Origin: an uncultured Caulobacter sp. | GTDB taxonomy: Bacteria; Pseudomonadota; Alphaproteobacteria; Caulobacterales; Caulobacteraceae | Length of the DNA: 64,000 bases | Reading direction: 5' to 3' | Assembly (NCBI GenBank): GCA_966252285.1 | Contig: CBINOL010000009.1 | Span: 743-64,742 of the forward strand | Shown here: in pieces, positions 1 to 10,337 of the stretch | Layout: each line of letters starts with the position of its first letter | Numbering within the stretch: position 1 is the stretch's first letter | Program-made: the position numbers and the translations under genes | Notes under the pieces: generated by a model | What the model was told of the DNA's origin: nothing | Databases searched by the model: none | Seen by the model: the letters and a program-made list of their open reading frames with translations, nothing else

Positions 1-12
1 GAGAGCCGCCCG

Positions 13-1572
13 ATGACCACCGAACCCCACCACCAGCGCGTCCTGATCGTCGATTTCGGCAGCCAGGTGACCCAGCTGATCGCGCGCCGGGTGCGCGAGG
101 CCGGCGTCTATTGCGAGATCCATCCGTTCGACAAGGCCGAGGCCCTGGTCGACGACTACCAGCCGTCGGCGATCATCCTGTCGGGCGGTCCGGCCAGCGT
201 GCTTGAGGCCGACAGCCCCCGCATCGGCCGCAAGCTGTTCGATCTTGGCCTGCCGATGCTGGCCATCTGCTACGGTCAGCAACTGCTGTGCGACGTGCTG
301 GGCGGCAAGGTCGAGGGCGGCCACGCCGGCGAGTTCGGCCGCGCCGAGCTGACCATCGGCAAGCAGAGCCCGCTGTTCGAAGGCCTGGCCGGCGTCGGCG
401 AGCTGGAAACCGTCTGGATGAGCCACGGCGACCGCGTCACCGCCATTCCCGAAGGCTTCGAGGTGGTGGGCACTTCGAACGGCGCGCCGTTCGCCGCCAT
501 CGCCAACGACGCCAAGAAGATCTACGCGCTGCAGTTCCACCCCGAGGTCTACCACACGGTCAACGGCCCGCAGATCTACAAGAACTTCCTGGCCCTGGCC
601 GGCCTGAAGGGCGACTGGACCATGGCGGCCTTCCGCCAGGAGATGGTCCAGAAGATCCGTGACCAGGTCGGCGACGGCAAGGTGATCTGCGGCCTGTCGG
701 GCGGCGTCGACAGCTCGGTCGCCGCCGTGCTGATCCACGAAGCCATCGGCGACCAGCTGACCTGCGTGTTCGTCGACACCGGTCTTCTTCGTAAGAACGA
801 GGCCGACCAGGTCGTCACCCTGTTCCGCGACCACTACAACATCCCGCTGGTCCACGTGGACGCCGGCGACCTGTTTCTGGGCGAGCTGGCCGGCGTCTCC
901 GACCCCGAGACCAAGCGCAAGACCATCGGCCGCCTGTTCATCGACGTCTTCGACAAGGAAGCCGCCAAGATCGACGGCGCGCAGTTCTTGGCGCAAGGGA
1001 CCCTCTATCCCGACGTCGTCGAAAGCGTCTCGGCCCGTGGCGGCCCGTCGGCCGTGATCAAGAGCCACCACAACGTGGGCGGCCTGCCCGACTACATGAA
1101 GCTGAAGCTGGTCGAGCCGCTGCGCGAGCTCTTCAAGGACGAGGTCCGCGCCCTGGGCGTCGAGCTGGGCCTGGCGCCGGCCTTCGTCGGCCGCCACCCG
1201 TTCCCGGGTCCTGGCCTGGCCATCCGCATCCCGGGCGAGATCACGCCCGAGAAGGTCAAGGTCCTGCAGGACGCCGACGCCATCTATCTCGAAGAGATCC
1301 GTAACGCCGGCCTCTACGACAAGATCTGGCAGGCCTTCGCCGTGCTGCTTCCCGTCAAGACGGTGGGCGTCATGGGCGACGCCCGCACCTACGAGAACGT
1401 CCTGGCCCTGCGCGCGGTCACCTCGACCGACGGCATGACCGCCGACTTCTTCGAATTCCCCTGGGAGATCCTCGGCAAGACCGCCACCCGGATCATCAAC
1501 GAGGTCCGAGGCGTCAACCGCGTCGTCTACGACGTGACCAGCAAGCCGCCCGGCACGATCGAGTGGGAGTGA
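13..1572 (+). CDS. guaA: GMP synthase (glutamine-hydrolysing)
   Basis: GATase motifs [13 protein letters not shown] and QFHPEV; ATP-PPase motif SGGVDSSV; C-terminal [16 protein letters not shown]. Confidence 0.98.
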   Translation: MTTEPHHQRVLIVDFGSQVTQLIARRVREAGVYCEIHPFDKAEALVDDYQPSAIILSGGPASVLEADSPRIGRKLFDLGLPMLAICYGQQLLCDVLGGKVEGGHAGEFGRAELTIGKQSPLFEGLAGVGELETVWMSHGDRVTAIPEGFEVVGTSNGAPFAAIANDAKKIYALQFHPEVYHTVNGPQIYKNFLALAGLKGDWTMAAFRQEMVQKIRDQVGDGKVICGLSGGVDSSVAAVLIHEAIGDQLTCVFVDTGLLRKNEADQVVTLFRDHYNIPLVHVDAGDLFLGELAGVSDPETKRKTIGRLFIDVFDKEAAKIDGAQFLAQGTLYPDVVESVSARGGPSAVIKSHHNVGGLPDYMKLKLVEPLRELFKDEVRALGVELGLAPAFVGRHPFPGPGLAIRIPGEITPEKVKVLQDADAIYLEEIRNAGLYDKIWQAFAVLLPVKTVGVMGDARTYENVLALRAVTSTDGMTADFFEFPWEILGKTATRIINEVRGVNRVVYDVTSKPPGTIEWE

Positions 1573-1585
1573 TCAAGGAAGGCGC
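1558..1585 (+). repeat. attL direct repeat ATCGAGTGGGAGTGATCAAGGAAGGCGC
   Basis: Identical to 26229-26256. Covers the last guaA codons and the stop. Contains GAGTGGGA, the core known from guaA-integrated islands. Confidence 0.93.
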
Positions 1586-1604
1586 TTTTAGCGCCTTCTT
1601 TTTT
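1578..1604 (+). terminator. Intrinsic terminator after guaA (left copy)
   Basis: GAAGGCGCT-TTT-AGCGCCTTC stem-loop followed by T6. Confidence 0.8.
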
Positions 1605-2030
1605 GTCTCCAACCTGGGCGCCCGCTTGGCGCATAGCCTCAAAACTCCTTGATTCCAGAGCCGTTATCGGTCGGTGACGGTAAATTGCGCCTGCCCTTCC
1701 AGGCTGTAAAGGGAGCTTTCGGGCGGGGAGGGGAGTGGAGTGTTTTGGAGGGCGATTGGGCGGGGTTTCGGGCCGGCGAGATCGTGTCGGGCGATGTCGG
1801 CAGGCACCTTCTTCGCGAAGTAGCGGGAGCGTCTCGATCTGACTCATTGCGGAACTTGAGAAGGTCGGTTTTGGGGCGCGATCAAAGCGCCCCCCTTCGC
1901 CAGAGGCAAACCCTTAGGTTGTTCGGCAGCCTGTTGTAACCCTGGAGAAATAGAATAGCTTCACCTTGGGAAGGGCGCTCGATTCAGCGTCGGACGTGTT
2001 GTCGGGGAGGCTGGCATAGACGTTGAGGCG

Positions 2031-3254
2031 ATGTCGGCGTCAGACGTCGGGGACGAGACCCAGAGACGCTTTCGCTATCAGATCAACTACACGGCGCTGA
2101 AGACACTGCAGATTCTGAAACAAGGCTCAGACATCGTCGCAGTGTATTGCGAGCACCTCGAGGATTTGCTTATCGAACATGGAGATGGCGGGCTCACGGG
2201 AATCCAGGTCAAAAGTCGAGAACTCAATCAAAGGCCGTTCAAATCGTCCGATGATTCGGTTCGCAGCTCCCTGGTACGCTTTTGCGTCCGTGCGGCGCGT
2301 TATCCAGGCCGCTTCACGCGATTCATTCTCGCAACCAACTTCGTGTTCTACGTTGGCGATGGCGTCGAGGATCTTCGTAACGTCCTGCGTCGGTGCCGCG
2401 AGAATCCCAGCCATGACGGCGCTAAACCCCGCGACAAGATTCTCGCCTACCTGAAGTCCCTGGCGACCTGTTCAAAAATTCCGGTCGAGGAAGTGGTGGC
2501 GATCCTGGCGACGGTCACTCTGGAAGAGAGGAAGACCGGGATCGACCAGCCCGATGTTGAACTCCTTCACGCCCTTGGCGAGTTTCCGGAGCTGCGAGAC
2601 CGCCCGTGGGCCGAACTTGCCCTTATGGCCCATGGCTTGCGTTCGCACATCTGGGATGTGTCGTCGCTCGGCCTCACCGGCTTCGTCCTCGACGTCCATG
2701 ACGTTGTCGCCGACCTCAACCAACATCTTGAGCAGCTGCGGGCCAAACGGAAGCGGGTCGATGCAGCGGTGATGCGTCAACTGACCGAACCACAGTCCGA
2801 CGTGGGGGAACTGCTCGCCGTGGCGGGGTTTACGAGCCGCGAATCCATCCCGCCCGGCTTGGGCAAGATGGAGTTAAAAATGGCTGCCGGAGCGATCAGC
2901 TACGCCGATATCGACGAGATGAAGGATGATGTCTCCTCGCTCGAAAGCGCCTTCCTGCGCTGGAAAGAGAAATACGGCCTAGCCGAAGCCAACAAGCGGC
3001 TGTCGCATTTCCAGCACTTCGCCAAGCGGGCTGCGCGTGACGCTGAGAAGACCGCGTCGGCATCCGGCGTACCCTATGGGACCGAGATGTTCGATGCCCT
3101 GAAGGGACGCGCCGACACGATCTGCCGCCAGGAACAGAAGACGATGTTTGGCTGCCGGCCCGAGCATCTTGTCGGGGCGGCCGGATTGCTGTCCGAGGAA
3201 TGCCAAGTGTGGTGGGATCCATCTCGCACCTTGCCGTTCGAGGAGAAGCCGTAG
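2031..3254 (+). CDS. lmuA: Lamassu/ABC-3C effector: N-terminal Cap4/DUF4297-like PD-(D/E)xK DNA endonuclease plus C-terminal ABC-3C-type domain
   Basis: N-terminal GDETQRRFRYQ...CEHLEDLL...GIQVKSRE fits DUF4297 nucleases; first gene of a tightly coupled three-gene operon ending in an SMC-like ATPase. Confidence 0.75.
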   Translation: MSASDVGDETQRRFRYQINYTALKTLQILKQGSDIVAVYCEHLEDLLIEHGDGGLTGIQVKSRELNQRPFKSSDDSVRSSLVRFCVRAARYPGRFTRFILATNFVFYVGDGVEDLRNVLRRCRENPSHDGAKPRDKILAYLKSLATCSKIPVEEVVAILATVTLEERKTGIDQPDVELLHALGEFPELRDRPWAELALMAHGLRSHIWDVSSLGLTGFVLDVHDVVADLNQHLEQLRAKRKRVDAAVMRQLTEPQSDVGELLAVAGFTSRESIPPGLGKMELKMAAGAISYADIDEMKDDVSSLESAFLRWKEKYGLAEANKRLSHFQHFAKRAARDAEKTASASGVPYGTEMFDALKGRADTICRQEQKTMFGCRPEHLVGAAGLLSEECQVWWDPSRTLPFEEKP

Positions 3255-3806
3255 ATGGCCACCCTCCCGGAGATCGTGAATTACCTCGAAGCGGATGACG
3301 CCCTGCACCTGGGTCGCCTGCTCGTCTTGATCGACACGTTTGGCGGGCGCGCCGGCGACAAGCAGATCGAGGGCCTGACGAAACTGGCAAAGCTCGATTT
3401 TCTGCTTCGGTATCCCGACTATCTGGAACGGGCCCTAGTAGCCCGCGAGGTGCTCAATCCCGATATCGACGTCCATGACTTCGAGCGTCACTCCATCGAA
3501 GCGCACATGGTCCGGTTCAAATATGGCCCCTGGGACCACCGTTATCGGCGGTTCCTCAACACGCTGGCCGGACGCGGTCTGGTGGCGATCGGGCGAAGCG
3601 GAAGAACGATCTTGATCGGGCTGACCGCCCGCGGGCGTCAAGCGGCCTCAGAGCTTCGTGATGAACCTGAGTACGCGGCGATTGGCCAGCGCGCCACCCT
3701 GCTAAAGCGTCATCTCGATCTATCCGCGACCACCCTGATGGAGTTCGTCTACGCGACCTTTCCGGAAGTGGCGTCCCTGCGCCTGGGCGAGACTATTGAA
3801 CAATGA
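3255..3806 (+). CDS. lmuC: Lamassu/ABC-3C middle component (LmuC-like)
   Basis: 183 aa with TKLAKLDFLLRYP and M.RFKYGPWD motifs typical of ABC-3C middle components; abuts the effector and overlaps the ATPase by 4 nt. Confidence 0.7.
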   Translation: MATLPEIVNYLEADDALHLGRLLVLIDTFGGRAGDKQIEGLTKLAKLDFLLRYPDYLERALVAREVLNPDIDVHDFERHSIEAHMVRFKYGPWDHRYRRFLNTLAGRGLVAIGRSGRTILIGLTARGRQAASELRDEPEYAAIGQRATLLKRHLDLSATTLMEFVYATFPEVASLRLGETIEQ

Positions 3807-5743
3807 AAATTCGCCTGCAAACTCTCAAGATTTACTGCCGAAAGAGCGAGGAGATCGTCCGGTTTGGTGGAAACATAACGTTCATCCACGGCACTCTCAG
3901 CCTTGGAAAGTCAACCATCGCCCGTTTGGTAGATTTTTGCTTGGGCGGCACCTTAGAGCTTACCACGGCCGTTCAGCGCGAGCTTCTGTCGGTGCAGCTC
4001 ACCCTGACCATCGGCGAGCGGGACGTCCTGATTGAGCGCGCCAAGGGCGAGGGTTTTGCTCGGGTGTCCTGGATCGAGGACGACGGCGAACCGATCAACC
4101 TGCAGGTGAAGGCCAAAGGCGATGGCCCTGCCGTCTATGGCGACGACGTCGTCAACCTGAGCGACTTGATCTTCCGTCTGCTCGGTTACCCGATCATCCG
4201 GGTACGCAAGCGCACCGGGGACGATGACTCCCCCATGGTTCGGCTCAGCTTCAGGGATCTCTTGAAGTTCTGCTACCTTGCACAGGAAGAGCTCGACTCC
4301 TCATTCTTCCGGCTGGGGCAGCCGGTGCTCGCTGAAAAGAGCAAGGACGCGCTCAACTTCTTTACCGGCTACTACAGTGAGCGTCTTAGCACCCTGCACG
4401 CGGAGTTCGACCAAGCCCGATCCGACCAGCGTTCGAAAACCGAGGCGGCCGAGCGCATCCGCGAGTTCCTAGCGCAGTTTGGCTTCGCGTCCGACTCTCA
4501 GATCGATGGGGAAATTCAGAAGAACCATGCCCGCGTGGCGGACGTCAGGGCGACCCTGGCCGGAAGCGCCGCGGTCTTCTTTGGGCAGACACACTTCGTC
4601 GATGAACAGCGCGCCAAGCTCCGGCAGATGTCGGATCAGCTCAATGCCGAAAACGAAACCCTTGAGGATCTCAACCGCCGCCTGAACGATCAGAAGGAGC
4701 TGCGTGCCGAATTAATGTCGATGAAGTTCAAGGTCGCGCGCGCGGATCGGGCGCGGTCCGTTCTGGCCGGCAGCAGTTTCGACAATTGTCCGCAATGCGG
4801 TCAGTCAATTGACTCTCATCGCGCCCCGGAAGGCAGTTGCTATCTTTGCCTGCAAGTAGTCGCGCCCTCCGACGAAGACATCAATCCGGCCAGCATAGCG
4901 AATGATCTGGAAGCGCGGCTTTCGGATATCGAACAGGCGCTGCGCCGCCACGCTATCGCCCGCAAGCGGCAAATCGAGCGCATTGCCCGCTTGATGGAAG
5001 ACAAGAGCCGCCTTGACCTCGAGGTAACCGAGCTCCTCGGAAACTACGAGACCGACCGCGCCACACGCTCTCGCCAGGCAGAGCGCGAGCTGGCGGAGAT
5101 CGAAGAGCGGGTTCGCTTCCTCAATCGCGTGAAGGCCATGCCCGGGGCCGTCGCCGATATGCTCGCCGAATCAGACAAGCTGTCAGAGACGATCACCCGG
5201 CTTGAGCGCGAAATTCGCGACGAACAGATGAGGCTCGGGCAGGCCGATGAAAACTTCCGGGCCCTGGCCGCCAATTTCCTCGAGGCCCTCATCGCGACCC
5301 GCGTACCGGGCGTGGGCCCAAACGACATTGTCAATATTAACCGCCGCACGCTCATCCCGGAGATCTGGCCTGAAGGCGACGAGACGATGGCCTACAGCTT
5401 CTTCACAGCCGGAAGCGGCGGCAAGAAGACGTTGTTCACGATCTGCTTCGCTTTGGCGCTGCATCGGACCGCGGCTCAGAAGGATATGCCAGTGCCGTCG
5501 CTGTTGATCATCGACACCCCCCTGAAGAACATCACGCCCGACATTAATCCCGAGCTGGTGACCGCTTTCTATAAATATCTCTATGAGGTTGCCGAGACGG
5601 ACCTGCGGCACCACCAAGTCATCATCGTGGATCAGCTCCTCGTGCTACCGCCCCCGGAAAGCCCGCTCGCCTTCGTCGATCGCCGCATGACAGAAAGCGA
5701 CCCTAAGCACCCGCCGCTGATCTCGTACTATCGAGGCCCTTAA
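3803..5743 (+). CDS. lmuB: SMC/Rad50-like ABC ATPase (LmuB-like)
   Basis: Walker A GTLSLGKST, long coiled coil with central CPQC and CYLC, signature-like GSGGKK, Walker B LLIIDTP. Confidence 0.82.
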   Translation: MKIRLQTLKIYCRKSEEIVRFGGNITFIHGTLSLGKSTIARLVDFCLGGTLELTTAVQRELLSVQLTLTIGERDVLIERAKGEGFARVSWIEDDGEPINLQVKAKGDGPAVYGDDVVNLSDLIFRLLGYPIIRVRKRTGDDDSPMVRLSFRDLLKFCYLAQEELDSSFFRLGQPVLAEKSKDALNFFTGYYSERLSTLHAEFDQARSDQRSKTEAAERIREFLAQFGFASDSQIDGEIQKNHARVADVRATLAGSAAVFFGQTHFVDEQRAKLRQMSDQLNAENETLEDLNRRLNDQKELRAELMSMKFKVARADRARSVLAGSSFDNCPQCGQSIDSHRAPEGSCYLCLQVVAPSDEDINPASIANDLEARLSDIEQALRRHAIARKRQIERIARLMEDKSRLDLEVTELLGNYETDRATRSRQAERELAEIEERVRFLNRVKAMPGAVADMLAESDKLSETITRLEREIRDEQMRLGQADENFRALAANFLEALIATRVPGVGPNDIVNINRRTLIPEIWPEGDETMAYSFFTAGSGGKKTLFTICFALALHRTAAQKDMPVPSLLIIDTPLKNITPDINPELVTAFYKYLYEVAETDLRHHQVIIVDQLLVLPPPESPLAFVDRRMTESDPKHPPLISYYRGP

Positions 5744-5856
5744 GTTCGGGCGCTGGAAAGACGTCCGAGCAGACAACCTGTAACTTGGGTGCGGCCGCGA
5801 GATCTCTGTGACTGTCGCTTTGCTGGAGGTGCACCAACGGCGGCTCATGGCGCAGA

Positions 5857-6783
5857 TCAGCAGGCGGCCGAAGCGCCTTCGCGCACCGTGTCGATGAAGG
5901 CGCGCAGGGCTGGGCTCATCTGGCGTTGCTGCGGGAAGCACAGGTGATGGCCTGGGAAGGGTTCGCACCAGGTCTCTAACATCGCCACGAGCCGGCCGTC
6001 GGCGATGGCCTGGCGGGCGGTGCGTTCGACGGAGAAGGCGATGCCGACACCGTCGATGGCTGCCTGCAGCGCCATGTGCTTGCTGTTCACGATCAGCGGG
6101 CCGGCGACCTCGACCTCGAACCAGGCGCCGTCCTCGTAGAACTCCCAGCGATAGGGCTGAGCGCGGCCCGGCCAACGCCAGCGGATGCAGTCATGGCCCA
6201 GGAGGTCGCGCGGATGGGCAGGCGTACCGCGCTCGGCGATGTAGCTGGGGGCGGCGACCGGGATTTGCCGCACCGGCGGCTCCAGCGGCACGGCGACCAT
6301 GTCGCGCTCGATCACCTCGCCGAGGCGGATGGCCGCGTCATAGCCGGCCGCGACGGTGTCGACCACTTCGTCGTCGACCGTGACGTCCAGCACCACGTTG
6401 GGATAGGCGCGTCGGAAGGCCGGCAGGATCGGCTGGATGTAGAGCTCGGCGGCCGACCGAAAGGTGTGGACCCGAACGGCGCCGGAAGGACGCTCCTGGT
6501 AGAGGCGAGCCTGACCGACGGCCTGGCTGAGTTCGGCCACGGCCGGGGCGACGCGGCGCAGCAGGTTCTCACCGGCTTCGGTCAGGGAGACGCTGCGGGT
6601 GGTGCGGTTCAGCAGCCGAACGCCGATCCGCTCCTCGAAGGTCCGCACGACTTGGCTTAGCGCCGAGGGCGTCACGCCCAGCGTCTCGGCAGCGCGGGTG
6701 AAGCTCAGGGCCTGGCCTACAGCGACGAAGGCCCGCAGGTGGGCGAAGTCGCCGCCGCTGAGCATGGGGTCGGTCAAGGTCAT
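5857..6783 (-). CDS. LysR-family transcriptional regulator
   Basis: HTH SFTRAAETLGVTPSALSQ...LLNRTTRSVSLTEAG; divergent from an SDR. Confidence 0.95.
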   Translation of the reverse strand: MTLTDPMLSGGDFAHLRAFVAVGQALSFTRAAETLGVTPSALSQVVRTFEERIGVRLLNRTTRSVSLTEAGENLLRRVAPAVAELSQAVGQARLYQERPSGAVRVHTFRSAAELYIQPILPAFRRAYPNVVLDVTVDDEVVDTVAAGYDAAIRLGEVIERDMVAVPLEPPVRQIPVAAPSYIAERGTPAHPRDLLGHDCIRWRWPGRAQPYRWEFYEDGAWFEVEVAGPLIVNSKHMALQAAIDGVGIAFSVERTARQAIADGRLVAMLETWCEPFPGHHLCFPQQRQMSPALRAFIDTVREGASAAC

Positions 6784-6875
6784 TTTTTAGTCCGGCTTAC
6801 AAACTCTCGCAGTTCGTTGCGTATTCTGTAGTCGGCGCGATGGGCGCACAAGGCGCACCTCACAAGGAGCGTGCG

Positions 6876-7718
6876 ATGACGAAACATTGGTTCATCACCG
6901 GAATTTCGCGGGGCCTGGGGCTGGCGCTGGCCAAGGCTGCGCTGGCGCGAGGCGACACCGTGGTCGGTACAGTCCGTTCGGGCGCGCCGCCAATCGAGGC
7001 CGAGGCGGGAAAGTTGCACGTCCTGATGCTCGACGTCACCGACGGCGCGGCGATCACCGCGGCCGTGGACGAGGCTTTCAGTCTGGCCGGCGGACGGCTG
7101 GACGTGGTGGTCAACAATGCCGGATACGGCCTGCTGGGCGCGCTTGAGGACGCAACGGACGCAGAGGCCGAGCGCCTGTTCGCCACCGATGTCTTCGGAC
7201 CGTTCAAGGTCATCCGGGCGGCTCTGCCCAGGCTGAGGGCGCAAGGCGAGGCGCGGATCCTGAACATCACCTCGATCGCCGGCCGCGCGCCAGGCGCCGC
7301 TTCGGCGCTCTACGCGGCGGCCAAATATGCGCTCGAGGGCCTGACAGCCTCGCTGCATCAGGAAGTTGCGCCGCTGGGCGTCAAGGTGACGGCCGTCGCG
7401 CCCGGCGCCTTCCGAACGGATTTCCTGTCGGCCCACTCGATCCGCCTGAGCGAGACGCGCGCCGAGGGCTATGGCGGCACGGTCGGCAAAGCCAGCCATG
7501 CCTTCTCGTCGATGGCGGGCCAGCAGCAGGGCGATCCAGATCGTGCGGCCCAGGCCCTGCTGCGGATCGTCGATGCGGCCGATCCGCCACTGAACCTGCT
7601 GCTCGGCTCAGACGCCTTGCGGCGAGCTCGCGTCAAGCTCGCGGCGGTCGAGGCGGAGATCGATACCTGGGAGGACCTGACGATCAGCACCGACTTTCCG
7701 GAGGTCGAAGCGCGCTGA
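6876..7718 (+). CDS. Short-chain dehydrogenase/reductase
   Basis: TGISRGLG, NNAGYG and YAAAK motifs; ATG at 6876 follows an AAGGAG RBS. Confidence 0.93.
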   Translation: MTKHWFITGISRGLGLALAKAALARGDTVVGTVRSGAPPIEAEAGKLHVLMLDVTDGAAITAAVDEAFSLAGGRLDVVVNNAGYGLLGALEDATDAEAERLFATDVFGPFKVIRAALPRLRAQGEARILNITSIAGRAPGAASALYAAAKYALEGLTASLHQEVAPLGVKVTAVAPGAFRTDFLSAHSIRLSETRAEGYGGTVGKASHAFSSMAGQQQGDPDRAAQALLRIVDAADPPLNLLLGSDALRRARVKLAAVEAEIDTWEDLTISTDFPEVEAR

Positions 7719-7771
7719 GGGCGGGGGCTCGGCGGCGCCGGCGATGAACCGGCGGCCCGATCGCTCCCGGA

Positions 7772-8986
7772 TCAGCCCTTATAGAGATCCGCGTCTGGAT
7801 CCTGCTTGCCGCGTACCTCCGTCGATACGATTTCGGCGGCGATGGCGGAGTAGGTGATGCCGTTGCCGCCGAACCCCATGACGGCCCAGGTGTGGTCCAT
7901 GCCCTCCACAGGGCCGATGCTGGGCAGGCCGGTGGCGCTGGAGCCGAACGCGCCCGCCCAGACGTAGTCGATGGCGAAATCGACATCGGGCAAGAGGCGC
8001 TGGAGCTTGGCGGTCAGGATGGCGCTTTTACGCTCCAGTTTCTTCGGATCCTCATGTGCGGCGGCGTCGGACTCGTCCTCGCCGCCGGCGATGATCCGGC
8101 CTTCGCGGTCCATGCGCAGATAGAGGTACGGATCGGACGCCTCCCAGACGAGCGTATCGGCCAGCCAGGTCGGGCGGCGCCTGCCGGACTTGGAGGCCAG
8201 TGCCCAGGTCGACACGACGCTGGCGCCCGGCGTCGGCACACCCTTCGGAAATTCGTAGCCGCAGCAGAACACGACGTGCTTGGCGCGCACCGCATGGCCG
8301 GTGTCCGTCAGCAGGGTCACGCCGTCGGGATCGCTGATGGCCTGGGTCACCTCGACCGGCGACCATATCCTGGCGCCGCGAGCGTGGGCGCGCCGCAGGA
8401 GGCCCGCCGCCAGGCGCGCCGGATCGCCGGCCGCCGCCCCGGTCGAAAGGATCGCGCCGGTTCGATCCAGGCCGAAGCGATCGCCAAGCTCGGCCTTGCC
8501 CAAATAGCGGCTGTCGAGGCCGATCTGCGCTCGGGCTTGGGCTTCCGCATCGAGAGCGCGCGAGCCATAGGCTTCGCCGGCGAGATAGAGCGAGGATTTC
8601 GGGCGAAGGCCGCAGCCGATCCGCTCTTCGGCTACGATCCGGCGCAGGTCCTCCACGGCCCTGTACGATCGCAGATAGGCTCGCCTGGCCTTGGCAGCGC
8701 CAATCCTGTCGCTCAACGCCGTCAACGGGAGATCTATCTCCCATTGCAGCAGGGCGGTCGAGGCCATGGTCGAGCCAGTCAGGGGAGGGCGGCGGTCGAG
8801 CACGGCGACCGAATGATCCTTCGACAGTTCGTGGGCCATGAACGCGCCGCTGATCCCGGCCCCCACGATGGTGACGTCGACGCTTATCGCCTGGATCAGA
8901 GGGCGCGTCGGCACGCCGAGGCCATGGCTGTCGGCCCACAGCGATCTTCCGGTTCTTAGGTCACGTTTCCTGGTCGCGCCGGTCAT
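7772..8986 (-). CDS. FAD-dependent oxidoreductase (DAO/glycine-oxidase-like)
   Basis: IVGAGISG dinucleotide fold, GSTMASTALL, MGFGGNGITYS; start taken at MTGATRKRDL within a longer ORF call. Confidence 0.88.
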   Translation of the reverse strand: MTGATRKRDLRTGRSLWADSHGLGVPTRPLIQAISVDVTIVGAGISGAFMAHELSKDHSVAVLDRRPPLTGSTMASTALLQWEIDLPLTALSDRIGAAKARRAYLRSYRAVEDLRRIVAEERIGCGLRPKSSLYLAGEAYGSRALDAEAQARAQIGLDSRYLGKAELGDRFGLDRTGAILSTGAAAGDPARLAAGLLRRAHARGARIWSPVEVTQAISDPDGVTLLTDTGHAVRAKHVVFCCGYEFPKGVPTPGASVVSTWALASKSGRRRPTWLADTLVWEASDPYLYLRMDREGRIIAGGEDESDAAAHEDPKKLERKSAILTAKLQRLLPDVDFAIDYVWAGAFGSSATGLPSIGPVEGMDHTWAVMGFGGNGITYSAIAAEIVSTEVRGKQDPDADLYKG

Positions 8987-9009
8987 GGGCCCTCCGCCTG
9001 AGCGAGGCA

Positions 9010-9035
9010 AAGTCCCGGGAGCAGGGCGAGGTTCC
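9010..9035 (-). promoter_or_regulatory. Weak candidate sigmaT/EcfG-type promoter GGAAC-N17-ACTT
   Basis: Motif just upstream of the oxidoreductase start; -10 element is a poor match. Confidence 0.35.
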
Positions 9036-9060
9036 GCGTCGATCGCGGCGGGCGCAAAAT

Positions 9061-9852
9061 TCAACCAACCCTGTCGATCCGGAAGCTCTGCTCGACCAGT
9101 TGCGCCTCCCCGAAGATCGTCATGAAGGCGATGTCGGCGGCGTCGCGGCCGGACGCCACGCGAACGAGCCCACTGATCGGCGCCTTGCCGGTAGCGTCGA
9201 TCAGGCGCCATCGCCCGCCCAGATAGACCTCGGCGACCGCGTGCAGGTCCGGCGGCTCCAGGCCCCAGGCATAGGCGCTGACCGCTCTGGCCGGAATATC
9301 GGCGGCGCGGCACAGCGCGATGAGGAGATGACTGAAGTCGCGACAGACGCCGGCGCGGTCGATGAAGGTCTCCACCGCCGTCGTCGCGCTGTGGCTGACG
9401 CCGGCCTGGTAATCGATGTTGGCGGCGATCCAGTCGAGGATCGCCATGACCCGCCGTCCGCCTGACAAAGCGCCGAACTGGCGATCGGCGAACCGCTCCA
9501 GGCGGTCGGAGGGGCTGTAACGGCTGGCGCGCAGGAAGGGCAGCACCTGCGCCGGCAAATCGCGGATCGCCACGGCGGGCGCGTCTTCAAGCTCGTGATC
9601 CCGTGGCGTAACCTCGATCTGGGCCCGGTAAGTCACGCTAACCCGGCCCGCGGCGGTGAAGACCGTCCTGCGTTCCTGGGTCGCTGGATCATCGACGCCC
9701 ACGGCGTCGATGTTCGGTGAGAACGTCAGGGTCTCGGATCGAACCGACTGGTCCGGTCCACGAGCGGCTTCGACCAGAAGAAGCACCTCGCAGGGGTCGG
9801 CGAAATCGTAGGTCAGCGAGGCTTCGACGTCGAACGTGAACGGTTGGGTCAT
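9061..9852 (-). CDS. Transglutaminase-like family protein
   Basis: GVCRDFSHL (Cys), DLHAVAEVY (His), WRLIDAT (Asp) triad; start taken at MTQPFTF. Confidence 0.9.
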   Translation of the reverse strand: MTQPFTFDVEASLTYDFADPCEVLLLVEAARGPDQSVRSETLTFSPNIDAVGVDDPATQERRTVFTAAGRVSVTYRAQIEVTPRDHELEDAPAVAIRDLPAQVLPFLRASRYSPSDRLERFADRQFGALSGGRRVMAILDWIAANIDYQAGVSHSATTAVETFIDRAGVCRDFSHLLIALCRAADIPARAVSAYAWGLEPPDLHAVAEVYLGGRWRLIDATGKAPISGLVRVASGRDAADIAFMTIFGEAQLVEQSFRIDRVG

Positions 9853-9940
9853 CGGACTTCGCCGCCGGCTCGGATCTCGTGGTCCGCATTCATTGCTGTC
9901 GCCCTCCTGCGACAGCACGCCCGGCCGTCGGCCAACTGCA

Positions 9941-9965
9941 AATCCGCAACGCTCCACGCCGTTCC
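9941..9965 (-). promoter_or_regulatory. Candidate sigmaT/EcfG-type promoter GGAAC-N16-GATT
   Basis: About 90 nt upstream of the transglutaminase start, in the correct orientation. Confidence 0.5.
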
Positions 9966-10031
9966 AGGAACGCCTGGTCAAGCCTGACCGCTGGCGCGGC
10001 GACAGCTGGAGGACAGCGGCATGGGGCGCCC

Positions 10032-10337
10032 TTAATAGCGCCAGAGGAACGGCGCCGATTGCCAGATGATGGCGATGGCGGCGAGGGTCGAAGCCAGGGC
10101 TGACAGGCGCGGGACGAACACTCCGCCGAGGCGGGGGCGTCGCGAGGCGCGCCAAGCGCGAACGGCCAGGGCGACTGCGGCCAGGACGCAGGCGAGCGTC
10201 ATGCCCGCGAAAAGCCGGGTCAGCGGCGCCTGGTGCTCGTACGGGGATATGTCGGCCAGACTGGCGATCGCATAGGCGGCCAGGAAATGCGCCGCCCAGA
10301 GCAGAAGACCGCCAAGCAGGGAAAGCCAGATGTTCAC
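10032..10337 (-). CDS. Small membrane protein at the end of the oxidase operon
   Basis: GTG start overlapping the coxA stop; three hydrophobic segments. Confidence 0.7.
   Translation of the reverse strand: MNIWLSLLGGLLLWAAHFLAAYAIASLADISPYEHQAPLTRLFAGMTLACVLAAVALAVRAWRASRRPRLGGVFVPRLSALASTLAAIAIIWQSAPFLWRY

Noticed and set aside
1527-1939. ORFs 1527-1847 (-) and 1649-1939 (+) next to attL as a possible integrase remnant
   Set aside because: No recognisable integrase arm-binding or catalytic motifs, and no credible RBS. Treated as non-coding island end.
2031-3254. Cap4-like nuclease suggesting a CBASS system
   Set aside because: No CD-NTase or SAVED domain; the partner genes are ABC-3C/Lamassu type.
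2031-5743. Wadjet/MksBEFG interpretation of the SMC-like operon
   Set aside because: Only three genes, the ATPase is far shorter than JetC, and there is no JetD/Toprim gene.
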